64,000 bases of DNA from NCBI GenBank assembly GCA_019244185.1, contig JAFATB010000014.1:448001-512000 (forward strand), read 5' to 3'. The notes under the pieces are model-generated. The model did no database searches, was not told where the DNA came from, and worked only from the letters and a program-made list of their open reading frames with translations. Every line of letters starts with the position of its first letter. Positions within the stretch are counted from its first letter, which is position 1. A program made the position numbers and the translations under genes. Source of the stretch: Acidobacteriota bacterium (lineage in GTDB: Bacteria > Acidobacteriota > Thermoanaerobaculia > Gp7-AA8). Below, piece by piece: positions 20,541 to 30,753 of this stretch.

Positions 20541-23314
20541 CGGTCGTCCCCCTCGTCACTCCGTACGACGTTGCGGCCGTCGCGTTTGGCGGCGTAGAGC
20601 GCGCGGTCGGCGCGGTCGATGAGGGATGACGGATCGTCCGCCGCCGACCGCGCGGCGACGCCGAACGAGGCGGTCACCTCGCACGATGCCGCGATGCCGG
20701 CGCGGAGGCGTTCGGCGATGGCGGAGGCGGTGGACACGTCGGCGCCGGGGAGGAGGATCACGAACTCCTCGCCGCCCCAGCGTGCGACGACGTCGCCGGA
20801 GCCGCGCACGATGCCGCCGATGTGTTGGGCGACGCGGCGGAGACACTCGTCGCCGGCGGCGTGGCCGCGCGAATCGTTCACGTCCTTGAAGTGATCGAGG
20901 TCGACCATGATCAGCGAGAGCGGATCGCCGCGGCGTTCGGCGCGCTTCCATTCGTCGAGCAGGGCGCGGTCGAAGAAGCGTCGGTTCGCGACGCCGGTGA
21001 GATCGTCGACGAGCGAGAGCGCTTCGAGGCGTTCGTTCGCGCGGCGGAGCAGCACGGTCTGCTCCTCGACGCGCTGCTGGAGCACGCGCGCGTTGCGGCG
21101 GAGCGTGCGGGTGCGGATCTGGATGAACGCGACCACGAGCACGGCGCCGACGAGCGTCCAGAGTGCGAGCGCCCACCAGGTGGCGTACCACGGGGCGAGG
21201 ACGCGGAACGACCAGCGCGCCTCGCTGCTGATCGCGCCGCGCGCGCCGCGGGTGCGGACGCGGAACGTGTAGTCGTCGGCGCCGAGGTTCGTGAAATCGA
21301 GGAAGGCCTGCGAGGTCCAGGGAGTCCAGTCCTGGTCGATGGGATCGAGGCGGTACTGGTACTCCGTTTCCGCGCGCGACGACAGCGGCGCGATCTCGAT
21401 GCGCACGCGGCCGAATGCATGGCGCAGCGTGACGGGCGCGTGCGCGCCGTTCACGTTGCCGTCGAACAGCACGCGGTCGTTGCCGTCGACGACGCGATGG
21501 ATGAGCGGCGCCGGTTGCGTGGTGCGTCCGTGCGTGGCGGACGGTGCGACGCGGTAGAGGCCGCGCTCGGTGCCGAGCCAGTTGATGCCGTCGGCGTCGG
21601 CGTAGAACGTCTCGATGTCGCCTTCGAGCGTGCCGATCGCGTGCGCCTCGGACTCGTACGTATGTGCGTCGATGAGGCGGACCACGCGCGGCGGGCGCGT
21701 GGCCAGCCAGAGATCGCCCGCGGCGTCGACGCCGGCGAAGAAGTTCGAATTCGGGAGCTGGATCGACGCGAGGCGCGGATCGGGATGCAGCGCGCCGTTC
21801 GCGTCGGCCAGCACGAAGCGTCCGTTGACGGACAGCACGACTTCGTCGCCGGACCGCATCACGCGCGCGAGTCCCTTGCCGTACGCCGTCACGCGTCCGT
21901 TCGATTCGATGCGCACGAGACCGTCGGATTCGCTCGCGGCCCACGCCGTGCCGTGCGCGTCGCCGACGGAGCGCACGTGCGGCGGCGTGTTGGGAACAAT
22001 CCCTTCGAACATCCAGCCGCTCGCCGTGTGGCGCAGGCGTCCCACGCCGCTCTCGCCGCCGGTCCACACCAGCGCCGGATCGCTGTGCGACGGCGCGAGG
22101 TCGAAGATCGTCTCTTCTTTCGTGCCCGCGATCAGTTCCGCGGGACGGTCGTCGTGCACGACGTAGATGCCGCCGTACGCGCCGGCGAGCAGATCGCCGT
22201 TCGTCGACAGTAGTACCCACGGATTCGCGTTGTCGACGTCGAGGCCGGGGAGCTTGCGCGCGCGGGCGCCGGACGGCGTCGCATCGATCGCGTAGATGCC
22301 GTGCTGCGTGCCGGCGTAGAGGCGGCCGTTGTGGCGCGTCACCGCCTGCAGGCTGCCGGGAAGGTCGACGCGGCGGTCGAGTACCGTCGCCGGCGAGCCG
22401 GCGTCGACGCGCACGATGGCGTTGTCCATCGCCAGCCAGAGCGCGCCTTCCTGGTCTTCGACGATGTCGTAGAGAAAGACCTCGGGGAGTCCCGTCGACG
22501 CGTCGATGATCTGATCGATGCGGCCGTCGGGCTGCATGAGGAGCAGGCCGTAGCGCAGCGTGGCGATGGCCCAGCGGCCGTCGTGCAGGTGCTGCGCGCG
22601 CATCACGCCTTTGCCGCGCAGCCACACGGACGCCTCGTCCTGGTACGGCGTGCCGTTGGCGTGGACGAAGCCTTCGTTGCGCACGATGATGCGGTCGGGG
22701 GCGAGCACCGCGTCGATGCGCTTGGCGGTGAGGAACGATGGGCCGCCGAGGACCTTCAGGCCGTCGAAGGCGCCGACGTACAGCTGGCCATTGATTTCCT
22801 CGCAGTGGCGCGTGCGTTTGCCGTCGGGATGGCGTTCGAGGACGCGCAGCCTCTGGCCGTCCCAGCGCGCGATGAAATGCCGAGCGGCGAAGATGAGATC
22901 GTTCTGGAAGACGCAGAGCTGCGGCTGATCGATGTTCGCGCGGAGATCGGGCGGCAGCAGCGGTACGAGCGAACGGTACGCGAGCGTGCCGTGCGCGTTC
23001 GGCTCGAGGATGCCGATCTCGTCGACGGGCCCGACGCCGACGACGCCGCGCGGCGTGGCGAGCACGGAGAACGAGACGTTCCCCGGCACGTCGACGCGCG
23101 ACCACCACGCGCCGTCGTAGATCAGCACCGTCTCGAGATTGGAAAAGTAGAGGCGCCCGCGCGCGTCGATCGCGGCGGCGAAGTTCTGCGTGCCGCCGTG
23201 ATGCTGCTCCTGGCGATAGATCGTGAGCGACGGATAGCCGGCTTCGCTCGCGGAGAGAGCGGTGCTGCACAGCAGCGCCGCGGCGATGCAGATGCCGAGG
23301 AGACGTTGGGGCAT
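20501..23314 (-). CDS. Membrane-bound diguanylate cyclase (periplasmic beta-propeller + Y_Y_Y + GGDEF)
   Basis: Signal peptide; propeller repeats (EDQEGALWLA); YQYRL...YTFRVR; PWYATWWA TM; DDLTGVANRR, DLDHFKDVND, RWGGEEF. Confidence 0.95.
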   Translation of the reverse strand: MPQRLLGICIAAALLCSTALSASEAGYPSLTIYRQEQHHGGTQNFAAAIDARGRLYFSNLETVLIYDGAWWSRVDVPGNVSFSVLATPRGVVGVGPVDEIGILEPNAHGTLAYRSLVPLLPPDLRANIDQPQLCVFQNDLIFAARHFIARWDGQRLRVLERHPDGKRTRHCEEINGQLYVGAFDGLKVLGGPSFLTAKRIDAVLAPDRIIVRNEGFVHANGTPYQDEASVWLRGKGVMRAQHLHDGRWAIATLRYGLLLMQPDGRIDQIIDASTGLPEVFLYDIVEDQEGALWLAMDNAIVRVDAGSPATVLDRRVDLPGSLQAVTRHNGRLYAGTQHGIYAIDATPSGARARKLPGLDVDNANPWVLLSTNGDLLAGAYGGIYVVHDDRPAELIAGTKEETIFDLAPSHSDPALVWTGGESGVGRLRHTASGWMFEGIVPNTPPHVRSVGDAHGTAWAASESDGLVRIESNGRVTAYGKGLARVMRSGDEVVLSVNGRFVLADANGALHPDPRLASIQLPNSNFFAGVDAAGDLWLATRPPRVVRLIDAHTYESEAHAIGTLEGDIETFYADADGINWLGTERGLYRVAPSATHGRTTQPAPLIHRVVDGNDRVLFDGNVNGAHAPVTLRHAFGRVRIEIAPLSSRAETEYQYRLDPIDQDWTPWTSQAFLDFTNLGADDYTFRVRTRGARGAISSEARWSFRVLAPWYATWWALALWTLVGAVLVVAFIQIRTRTLRRNARVLQQRVEEQTVLLRRANERLEALSLVDDLTGVANRRFFDRALLDEWKRAERRGDPLSLIMVDLDHFKDVNDSRGHAAGDECLRRVAQHIGGIVRGSGDVVARWGGEEFVILLPGADVSTASAIAERLRAGIAASCEVTASFGVAARSAADDPSSLIDRADRALYAAKRDGRNVVRSDEGDDRERLRRAGTAGSA

Positions 23315-23362
23315 GCGGAAGGATAGCGCGAACCGCGAGGGATGCTAACCTCCCGCACTGCC

Positions 23363-24181
23363 ATGAACGCCCCTCGCTTTCTGTACGGCACCGCGTGGAA
23401 GGAAGACGCCACCGAACAGCTCACGCGTCTCGCGCTCGACGCCGGCTTTCGCGGCATCGACACCGCGAACCAGCGCAAGCATTACTTCGAGGCCGGTGTG
23501 GGCGCCGCGATGGCGGGCGCGATCGCCGACGGCGTCGTGCGTCGCGAGGAGCTCTTCCTGCAGACGAAGTTCACGTATCAGCACGGACAGGACGAGCGTC
23601 TGCCGTACGACCCGAACGCCGGCGTCGGCGCGCAGGTGCGCCAGTCGTTCGCGAGCTCGCTCGAGCATCTGCGCGTCGAGCAGATCGACTCCTACGTGTT
23701 GCACGGTCCGTCGCGCGGCCGCGGCCTCGGCCAGGTCGACTTCGAAGTCTGGCAGGCGATGGAAGCGCTGCACGCCGACGGCAAGACGCGCTTCCTCGGC
23801 ATCAGCAACGTCTCGCTCGAACAGCTGCAACTGCTCTGCGCGCGTGTCCGCGTGCAGCCGTCGTTCGTGCAGAACCGTTGCTACGCGCGCACCGGCTGGG
23901 ACGCGCACGTGCGCGCGTTTTGCCGCGAGCGCGGCATCGTCTATCAGGGCTTCTCGCTGCTGACGGCGAACGTGCGCGAGCTGCATGCGCCCGCGTTCCG
24001 CTCCATCGTCGCGCGCACCGAGCGCACGCCCGCGCAGGTCGTGTTCCGCTTCGCGCTGCAGATCGGCATGCTGCCGCTCACCGGCACGACCGATCCCGAG
24101 CACATGCGCGAAGACCTCGGCGCGCTCGACGGCTTCACGCTCACCGACGATGAGGTCGCGACCATCGAGCGCATCGCATGA
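23363..24181 (+). CDS. Aldo/keto reductase
   Basis: YGTAWK, GFRGIDTA, LFLQTKF, DSYVLHGP, LGISN. Confidence 0.92.
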   Translation: MNAPRFLYGTAWKEDATEQLTRLALDAGFRGIDTANQRKHYFEAGVGAAMAGAIADGVVRREELFLQTKFTYQHGQDERLPYDPNAGVGAQVRQSFASSLEHLRVEQIDSYVLHGPSRGRGLGQVDFEVWQAMEALHADGKTRFLGISNVSLEQLQLLCARVRVQPSFVQNRCYARTGWDAHVRAFCRERGIVYQGFSLLTANVRELHAPAFRSIVARTERTPAQVVFRFALQIGMLPLTGTTDPEHMREDLGALDGFTLTDDEVATIERIA

Positions 24182-25053
24182 CCACGGTTCATCTCATCGA
24201 CGCCAGCCCGTATTTGTTTCGCGCGTGGTTCTCGCTGCCGCGCACGATCGTCGATCCGGCGGGCAAGCCGGTCAACGCGGTGTACGGCTTCACCAGCTTT
24301 CTCGCGAAGTACCTCGCCGACACGCACGCCACGCACGCCGCGATCGCGTTCGACCGCCACTTCAACGGCAGCTTCCGCAACGAGTTCTATCCGCCGTACA
24401 AGGCGCAGCGCGAGGCCTCGCCGCCGGAGCTCGACGCGCAGGTCGATCCCGCGGTCGAGGTCGTGCAGGCCATGGGCTTGGCGGCGTTCATCGACGAGCG
24501 CTTCGAAGCCGACGATCTCATCGCGACCGTCATCGACCGCATCGACGACGACATCGAATTCGTGATCGTCAGCTCCGACAAAGACCTCGCGCAGCTCGTC
24601 TGCGATCGCATCGTGCTCGTCGATCCCGCGCGCGAGCTGCGCTTCGACGCCGATGCCGTCGTCGCGAAGTTCGGCGTGCGTCCCGAGCAGATGACCGACT
24701 TCCTCGGACTCGCGGGCGACAGCGTCGACAACATCCCCGGCGTGCGCGGCATCGGTCCGAAGACGGCCGCGCAGTTGCTGCAGCGCTACGGCTCGCTCGA
24801 AGGCATCTACGAGAACGTCGCCGCGATGCGGCGCAGCCTCGTGCGCTCGGAGATGACGCTCGCGTCGAAACTCGAAGCGGATGTCGAGATGGCCGGTCTC
24901 TCGAAGCGGCTCGCCACCGTGGCGCGCAACGCGCCGATCGAGGTCACGCTCGACGCGCTCGTGTGCCGCGGCCCCGACGACGCGCGCATCGACGACGTCT
25001 TCGGGCGGCTCGGCTTCGGAAATCTCCGGCAGCGCGTGACGGCGCGCGGCTGA
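24178..25053 (+). CDS. Stand-alone 5'-3' exonuclease / flap endonuclease (Xni/ExoIX-like)
   Basis: LIDAS, FR...YKAQR, FEADD, SSDKDLAQL, GDSVDNIPGVRGIGPKTA. Confidence 0.93.
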   Translation: MTTVHLIDASPYLFRAWFSLPRTIVDPAGKPVNAVYGFTSFLAKYLADTHATHAAIAFDRHFNGSFRNEFYPPYKAQREASPPELDAQVDPAVEVVQAMGLAAFIDERFEADDLIATVIDRIDDDIEFVIVSSDKDLAQLVCDRIVLVDPARELRFDADAVVAKFGVRPEQMTDFLGLAGDSVDNIPGVRGIGPKTAAQLLQRYGSLEGIYENVAAMRRSLVRSEMTLASKLEADVEMAGLSKRLATVARNAPIEVTLDALVCRGPDDARIDDVFGRLGFGNLRQRVTARG

Positions 25054-25073
25054 ATCCGATTAGCATGAGCGCC

Positions 25074-25979
25074 ATGCGCTTCACGCTCGTGCCCTTGCTG
25101 CTGCTATTCGCGATCGCGGTGCATGCCGACTACCGCGAGTTCACCGAGATCCCTGTCGATCCGCGCCTCGCCACGCAACTGCGCCAGGCTGCGGAGGCGA
25201 CGCTGAAGGCGTATCCGAAACTGAAGGCGGAAGATCTCGCGCTGAGCGCCGTCGACCTGACGAACCCGAACACGATCGGCCGCGCCGACGTGCAGGGCGA
25301 CGCGCCGTTCTATCCCGCATCGGTGATCAAGCTCTGCTACATGATCGACGTCTTCGCCACGCACAAGGAGCACATCGGCGACGTCGACCGCGCGCTGCAC
25401 GAGATGATCTCCGTCTCCGACAACGACGCCACCGCGTATCTCGTCGACATCCTCGCCGGCACGACTCCCGGCCCGCCGCTGCAGGGGCGCGCGCTCACGC
25501 GCTACATCGAGCGGCGCCGTGCGATCACGAAGCGTTTCCAGCGCCTCGGATACACGGACAGCGTCAACGCCATGATGAAGCCGTGGAGCTTCGGCCCGTT
25601 CGGCCGCGAGCTGCAGGCGCTCGGCGAGAACCGCGTCAACCGCAACAAGCTCACGCCGAACGCGACCGCGTCGCTGCTGCTCTGGATCGTGCGCCGCCAC
25701 GCGCCGTCCGCCGACGCGATGATGACGCTCCTCGAACGCCCGCTCGCGCCGCCGCGCAAGGAAGAGAACCAGGTGTCGGAGTTCATCGGCGCGTCGCTGC
25801 CGGAAGGCGCGAAGCTGTGGTCGAAGGCCGGCTGGACGAGCGAGGTGCGCCACGACGCGGCGTACATCGAATTGCCGAACGGCCGCAAACTCGTGCTGGT
25901 CATCTTCACGCGCGGCCTCGCCGACGACGTCACCCTCATTCCCGCCATCGCGAAATATCTCCTGACGGAGCTCCAATGA
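25074..25979 (+). CDS. Secreted serine hydrolase, class A beta-lactamase-like fold
   Basis: Signal peptide; PASVIK (SxxK), SDN and KAG motifs. Confidence 0.88.
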   Translation: MRFTLVPLLLLFAIAVHADYREFTEIPVDPRLATQLRQAAEATLKAYPKLKAEDLALSAVDLTNPNTIGRADVQGDAPFYPASVIKLCYMIDVFATHKEHIGDVDRALHEMISVSDNDATAYLVDILAGTTPGPPLQGRALTRYIERRRAITKRFQRLGYTDSVNAMMKPWSFGPFGRELQALGENRVNRNKLTPNATASLLLWIVRRHAPSADAMMTLLERPLAPPRKEENQVSEFIGASLPEGAKLWSKAGWTSEVRHDAAYIELPNGRKLVLVIFTRGLADDVTLIPAIAKYLLTELQ

Positions 25980-28075
25980 AACGGATCGCCATCCTGCTGG
26001 TTTTCTGTTTTGCCGCCGTTCTGCAGGGCGCGCCGAAACGCGCCATCACCGAGACGGACTTATTGAAGTTCAAGTGGGCCGCCGATCCGCAGCTCTCGCC
26101 CGACGGCGCGCAGGTCGCGTACGTCGTCGTCAACGTGAACGAGAAAGGCGAGCGCTACGAGACCGCGCTCTGGCTCGTCGCGTCGACGCCCGGCGCCGCA
26201 CCGCGCCAGCTCACGCACGGACCGCGCGACAGCGCGCCGCGCTGGTCGCCGGACGGCAAGACCATCGCGTTCCTGCGCGGCGTCGAGAAAGACGGCAAGC
26301 CGCAGCCGCCGCAGATCTATCTCCTTCCGCTTGCGGGCGGCGAGCCGCGGGCGCTGACGAACGACGCGACGACGCCAAAAGGCGCAAGCTCGATCGCGTG
26401 GTCGCCGTCCGGCGATCGCATCGCCTTCACCGCCACGACGCGTCCCGACGACTTCCAGCCGAAGAAAGACGGCGAGCGCGAGTCCGACGTGCGCGTCGTG
26501 ACGCAGGCGGAGTATCGCGAGGACAACGACGGCTACGCCGATCCGTCGCGCAACACGCACCTCTGGGTCGTGAACGCCGAAGGCGGCGACAAGCCGCTGC
26601 AGCTGACCAGCGGCGACTTCGACGAATTCAATCAGGCGTGGAGCCCGGACGGCACGCGCATTTACTTCCTCTCCACGCGCACGGCCGAGTCGTACTACGA
26701 CGCGCCCGACGTCAACGTGTACGCCGTGCCCGCGCGCGGCGGCGAGCTCACCACCGTCGCCGACATCCACGGCCCGATCGGCGCGTTCGAGCCGAGCCCC
26801 GACGGCAAGTGGATCGCGTTCTCGGGCTGGGAGAGCGACACCACGCGCTCGTACAACGAGTCGGATCTGTTCGTCGCGGCGATCAGTGGCGGCGCCGCGC
26901 GCAACGTTACTTCATCGCTCGACGGTGACGTCCTCGGCGGACTCGCCGCCGATCAGCATCCGCCGCGCGCGAACCGCGGTCCGCGTCCGCTGTGGAGCGC
27001 CGACTCGAAGACGATCTACGTCACCGTCGCCGCGAAAGGCGTGTCGAACCTCATGCGCGTCGACGCCGCGAGCGGACGCATCGAGCCGTGGACGCGCGGC
27101 AACCGCGAGACGCTGACGTATACGCGCGCGAGCGGACGCACCGTCGTGCTCGTGTCGACGCCGACCATCATCACGGACCTCTTCAGCGTCGACGACAAAG
27201 GCACGCTCGCGCAGCTCACGCGCGTCAACGACGCGCTCTTTTCCGAGCTCACGCTCACCGAGCCGGAAGAGCTCTGGTTCGACAGCTTCGACGGCCGCAA
27301 GATCCAGGCGTGGATCCAGAAGCCGCCCGACTACGACGCGGCGAAGCAGTACCCGCTCATCCTCAACATTCACGGCGGCCCGCACGCGGCGTACGGCTAC
27401 ACGTTCGTGCACGAGTTCCAGTGGATGGCGGCCAAGGGCTACGTCGTGCTGTACGTCAACCCGCGCGGCAGCTCGTCGTACGGTGAGGAATTCGGCAACG
27501 TCATCCAGTACAAGTATCCGGGCGACGACTACAAGGATCTGATGGCCGGCGTCGACGTGCTCGTCGCGCGCAAGCTCGTCGATCCGAAGAAGCTCGGCGT
27601 CACCGGCGGCAGCGGCGGCGGCGTGCTCACGAATTGGACGGTGACGCAGACCGACCGCTTCGCCGCGGCCGTGTCGCAGCGCTCGATCTCCGACTGGGCG
27701 TCGTGGTGGTACACGGCCGACTTCACGATGTTCCAGCCGATGTGGTTCCAGAAGACGCCGTGGCAGGACCCGCGGGAGTTCGCCTCGCGCTCCGCGATCA
27801 CCTACGTCGACCGCATCCACACGCCGATGATGTTCATCGAGGGCGAGTCCGACTATCGCACGCCGCCCAGTGCCGGTGGCGAGGCGCTCTTCCGCGCGCT
27901 CAAGTATCTGCACCGCCCGACGGTGATGGTGCGCTTCCCCAACGAGCCGCACGAGCTCTCGCGATCCGGTCAGCCATGGCACCGCGTCGAGCGCCTGCAG
28001 CACATCGTCGGCTGGTTCGACATGTGGCTTCTCGGCAAGAAGAACGAGGCGTACGAGAAAGGTTTACGGCGTTGA
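25976..28075 (+). CDS. S9 family peptidase (acylaminoacyl-peptidase-like)
   Basis: Signal peptide; PD40 repeats; HGGP, NPRGS, GGSGGG nucleophile, DYR, EPHE. Confidence 0.95.
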   Translation: MKRIAILLVFCFAAVLQGAPKRAITETDLLKFKWAADPQLSPDGAQVAYVVVNVNEKGERYETALWLVASTPGAAPRQLTHGPRDSAPRWSPDGKTIAFLRGVEKDGKPQPPQIYLLPLAGGEPRALTNDATTPKGASSIAWSPSGDRIAFTATTRPDDFQPKKDGERESDVRVVTQAEYREDNDGYADPSRNTHLWVVNAEGGDKPLQLTSGDFDEFNQAWSPDGTRIYFLSTRTAESYYDAPDVNVYAVPARGGELTTVADIHGPIGAFEPSPDGKWIAFSGWESDTTRSYNESDLFVAAISGGAARNVTSSLDGDVLGGLAADQHPPRANRGPRPLWSADSKTIYVTVAAKGVSNLMRVDAASGRIEPWTRGNRETLTYTRASGRTVVLVSTPTIITDLFSVDDKGTLAQLTRVNDALFSELTLTEPEELWFDSFDGRKIQAWIQKPPDYDAAKQYPLILNIHGGPHAAYGYTFVHEFQWMAAKGYVVLYVNPRGSSSYGEEFGNVIQYKYPGDDYKDLMAGVDVLVARKLVDPKKLGVTGGSGGGVLTNWTVTQTDRFAAAVSQRSISDWASWWYTADFTMFQPMWFQKTPWQDPREFASRSAITYVDRIHTPMMFIEGESDYRTPPSAGGEALFRALKYLHRPTVMVRFPNEPHELSRSGQPWHRVERLQHIVGWFDMWLLGKKNEAYEKGLRR

Positions 28076-28076
28076 C

Positions 28077-29420
28077 ATGAAGTGCATCGGCGCGTTGCTC
28101 CTGCTGTTCGCGATCGCGTGCTCCGCGTTCGCCGCTCCCGCTCCGCAGCTCAGCGACCGCGAGCTCCCGCCGGGCCTGATCGTGCCCGAGGCGGCGAAGC
28201 CGGGGCCGGACTTCGACGTCGAGCGCGCGACGCAGGCATATCTCGACGTGCTGACGCCGGAGCAGCGCGCGAAGTCCGACGCGTACTTTGAAGGCGGCTA
28301 CTGGCTCGAGCTGTGGGGCTTGCTCTACGGTCTCGCCGTCGCCGCGCTGCTGCTCTTCGGCGGTCTCTCCCGCCGCATGCGCGACGCCGCGCAGCGCGTG
28401 ACGCGCCGGCCGTTCCTCTCGACGTGGCTGTACGTCGCGATGTGGCTCCTCGTCGCGCAGCTGCTCGAGCTGCCGCTGGCGATCTACAGCGGCTACTTCC
28501 GCGAACATCAGTATGGGCTCTCGACGCTCACGTTCGGCGGCTGGCTGCGCGAAGGCGCGATCGGCCTCGGCGTGTCGCTGATCCTCGTGCCGCCGCTGGT
28601 GGCGCTGCTCTACGTCGCCGCGCGCAAGGCCGGCGAGCGGTGGTGGGTGTGGGCGAGCGGCATCATGTTCGTGGCCATCCTGCTGCTGATCATGATCGCG
28701 CCGGTCGCGATCGCGCCGCTCTTCAACAAGTACACACCTTTACCATCCGGCACCGTGCGCGACGAGGTGCTCTCGCTCGCGCGCGCGAACCGCATCCCCG
28801 CGACGAATGTCTATCTCTTCGACGCCTCGAAGCAGACCACGCGCGTCAGCGCCAACGTCTCCGGGATGCTCGGCACGACGCGCGTCTCGCTCAACGACAA
28901 CCTCCTCGCGCGCACGTCGCTGCCCGAGATCCGCGCCGTTCTCGGCCATGAGATGGGGCACTACGTGCTCAATCATCCGATGCGCCTGACGATCTATCTC
29001 ACCCTCGTCGTCGCCCTCGGATTCTTCATCGTCCACCGCGCGCTCGATGCCGCGCTGCGCCGCTGGGGCTCGCGCTGGGGCGCCGGCGATCGCACCGATC
29101 CCGCAGCGCTGCCCGCGGCCGTCGCGATCTTCGCGATCTTCTTCTTTTTCGCCACGCCGCTCGTGAACACGATCACGCGTCAGGCGGAAGCGGAGGCCGA
29201 CGCCTTCGGCATGAACGCAGCGCGCGAGCCGCACGGGTTCGCGACCGTCGCCATGCGCCTCTCGACATACCGCAAGCTCAATCCCGGTCCGCTCGAGGAG
29301 ATCCTCTTCTACGACCATCCGAGCGGCGCGGATCGCGTGCGCCGCGCGATGACGTGGCTGAAGGAAAACCAGAACGACCCGCACGTGCTCGCGTCGATGG
29401 CCACCGCCGCGAAAAAGTAG
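28077..29420 (+). CDS. M48 family metallopeptidase (Ste24-like)
   Basis: APLFNK, DASKQT...ANV, HEMGH, EAEADAF, YDHPS...R; multiple TM helices. Confidence 0.93.
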   Translation: MKCIGALLLLFAIACSAFAAPAPQLSDRELPPGLIVPEAAKPGPDFDVERATQAYLDVLTPEQRAKSDAYFEGGYWLELWGLLYGLAVAALLLFGGLSRRMRDAAQRVTRRPFLSTWLYVAMWLLVAQLLELPLAIYSGYFREHQYGLSTLTFGGWLREGAIGLGVSLILVPPLVALLYVAARKAGERWWVWASGIMFVAILLLIMIAPVAIAPLFNKYTPLPSGTVRDEVLSLARANRIPATNVYLFDASKQTTRVSANVSGMLGTTRVSLNDNLLARTSLPEIRAVLGHEMGHYVLNHPMRLTIYLTLVVALGFFIVHRALDAALRRWGSRWGAGDRTDPAALPAAVAIFAIFFFFATPLVNTITRQAEAEADAFGMNAAREPHGFATVAMRLSTYRKLNPGPLEEILFYDHPSGADRVRRAMTWLKENQNDPHVLASMATAAKK

Positions 29421-29426
29421 CCGCGG

Positions 29427-29921
29427 CTACGGCGTGTACGGCGTGAGCCGCGGCAGCCAGCGATGAACGTGCCGGCGGTACGCGGCGTATTCGTCGCCGA
29501 ACGAGCGCTGCAGCTTCGGCTCCTCGTAGAGCAGTACGAGGAGCGTCACCGCGCCGGCGAAGATCGCCGCGAGCCAGAACAACTCGTTGCGGATCGGCGG
29601 CAGCAGGAACGCCTCGCCGAGAAGGCAGAGCAGCATGCCGGCGTACATCGGATTGCGCACGAAGCGATAGCAGCCGCGCGCGACGAAGCGGCGCGGCGGA
29701 TCGAACGGCGCCGGCGTGCCGTGCCCCGTCCAGCCGAACTCCCACGTGCAGAGCAGCATGACGCCGAGGCCGAGGGCCATCGGGATCAGCGGCCAGCCGA
29801 TGCGCGGCGCGAGCGCGACGCCCTTGCCCGCCGCGATCCAGCGCGGGAAGAACCACGTCCACATCGACACGAAGACGGCCGCCATCACGAACGACCGCAA
29901 GAGAGCAAACGCGCGCGTCAT
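29427..29921 (-). CDS. Isoprenylcysteine carboxylmethyltransferase / PEMT family membrane protein
   Basis: GTPAPFDPP, YRFVRNPMY, EEPKL...FGDEY..Y...V.RW.PR. Confidence 0.9.
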   Translation of the reverse strand: MTRAFALLRSFVMAAVFVSMWTWFFPRWIAAGKGVALAPRIGWPLIPMALGLGVMLLCTWEFGWTGHGTPAPFDPPRRFVARGCYRFVRNPMYAGMLLCLLGEAFLLPPIRNELFWLAAIFAGAVTLLVLLYEEPKLQRSFGDEYAAYRRHVHRWLPRLTPYTP

Positions 29922-30310
29922 GGAGCCTCCGCTGGTTTCACCCCGCTGCCGAAGACGAGCATCGCGAACCCGATCGCGAAGAGCGTGTAGATCGCCGTCA
30001 CGATGACGAGCGAGGGCGTTGCGTGCGCGATCACGACCTTGAGCAGCGTGATCGCGCCGATGGCGAAATGCGTGAAGTTGCCGACGGAGACGGGACGGTT
30101 GTAGATGCCGCCGATGAGGCTGTTCTTCGCCAGCCAGTTCACCATCGCGAAGCCGACGTAGAGCGAGCCGGTGACTTGCGTGAGCAGCGTGGGGACGAGA
30201 TCCGCGGTGATGCTCATCGCGCGCAGCAGCTCCTGCGGCGCGAACAGCGCGACGACACCGGCGATCCCCATCGCAAGCGCACTGGCGGTCATCACGATTC
30301 GGCTTTGCAT
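29918..30310 (-). CDS. Small membrane protein
   Basis: 4 TM helices, IGGIYNRP motif, ATGA-type overlap with the downstream gene. Confidence 0.8.
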   Translation of the reverse strand: MQSRIVMTASALAMGIAGVVALFAPQELLRAMSITADLVPTLLTQVTGSLYVGFAMVNWLAKNSLIGGIYNRPVSVGNFTHFAIGAITLLKVVIAHATPSLVIVTAIYTLFAIGFAMLVFGSGVKPAEAP

Positions 30311-30357
30311 GCGCCGATCTTAACGCTACGATCCGTCATCCCTAGGACTGGAAGAGC

Positions 30358-30738
30358 ATGACCGATCGCTTCGATCATCTGTCCCGCAGCAGCAGCGGCC
30401 TTCATTACGTGCGCGACCGCAAAGGCGGCGTCATGCGCGTGCTCACCGACTCCGAGCTCGCCGACTTCGACGATCCGCCGCCGTGCCCGCAGTGTTCCGA
30501 GCAATTCGGCTGCGACCATTTCAACTGTGCCGGCGAGCCGCTCCTCGGCGAGCAGGAGCTCGAATCAAATGTCCCCGCCGAATGGCTCCCGTTCGCGAAG
30601 GAAAACGGCGTGAGTCGCGGCGACGTCGAGCGTCTGCGCGCGATCGAGTTGCACGAAGGGGAGTACCGGCTCGCGGCGGGCGCGCAGGCGGACATGCGCA
30701 CGCAGGAGCTCGTGCTGCTGCTGAACGAAGAGCGCTGA
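30358..30738 (+). CDS. Hypothetical protein with putative zinc-binding motif (CPQC...CDHFNC)
   Basis: Fills the gap with typical codon usage; Cys/His cluster. Confidence 0.7.
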   Translation: MTDRFDHLSRSSSGLHYVRDRKGGVMRVLTDSELADFDDPPPCPQCSEQFGCDHFNCAGEPLLGEQELESNVPAEWLPFAKENGVSRGDVERLRAIELHEGEYRLAAGAQADMRTQELVLLLNEER

Positions 30739-30753
30739 ACGTCGACGCTGGCC

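Noticed and set aside
25074-25979. Antibiotic-resistance call for the beta-lactamase-like genes (also 46654..47667)
   Set aside because: Only fold-level motifs are present, and such serine hydrolases are usually peptidases or esterases.
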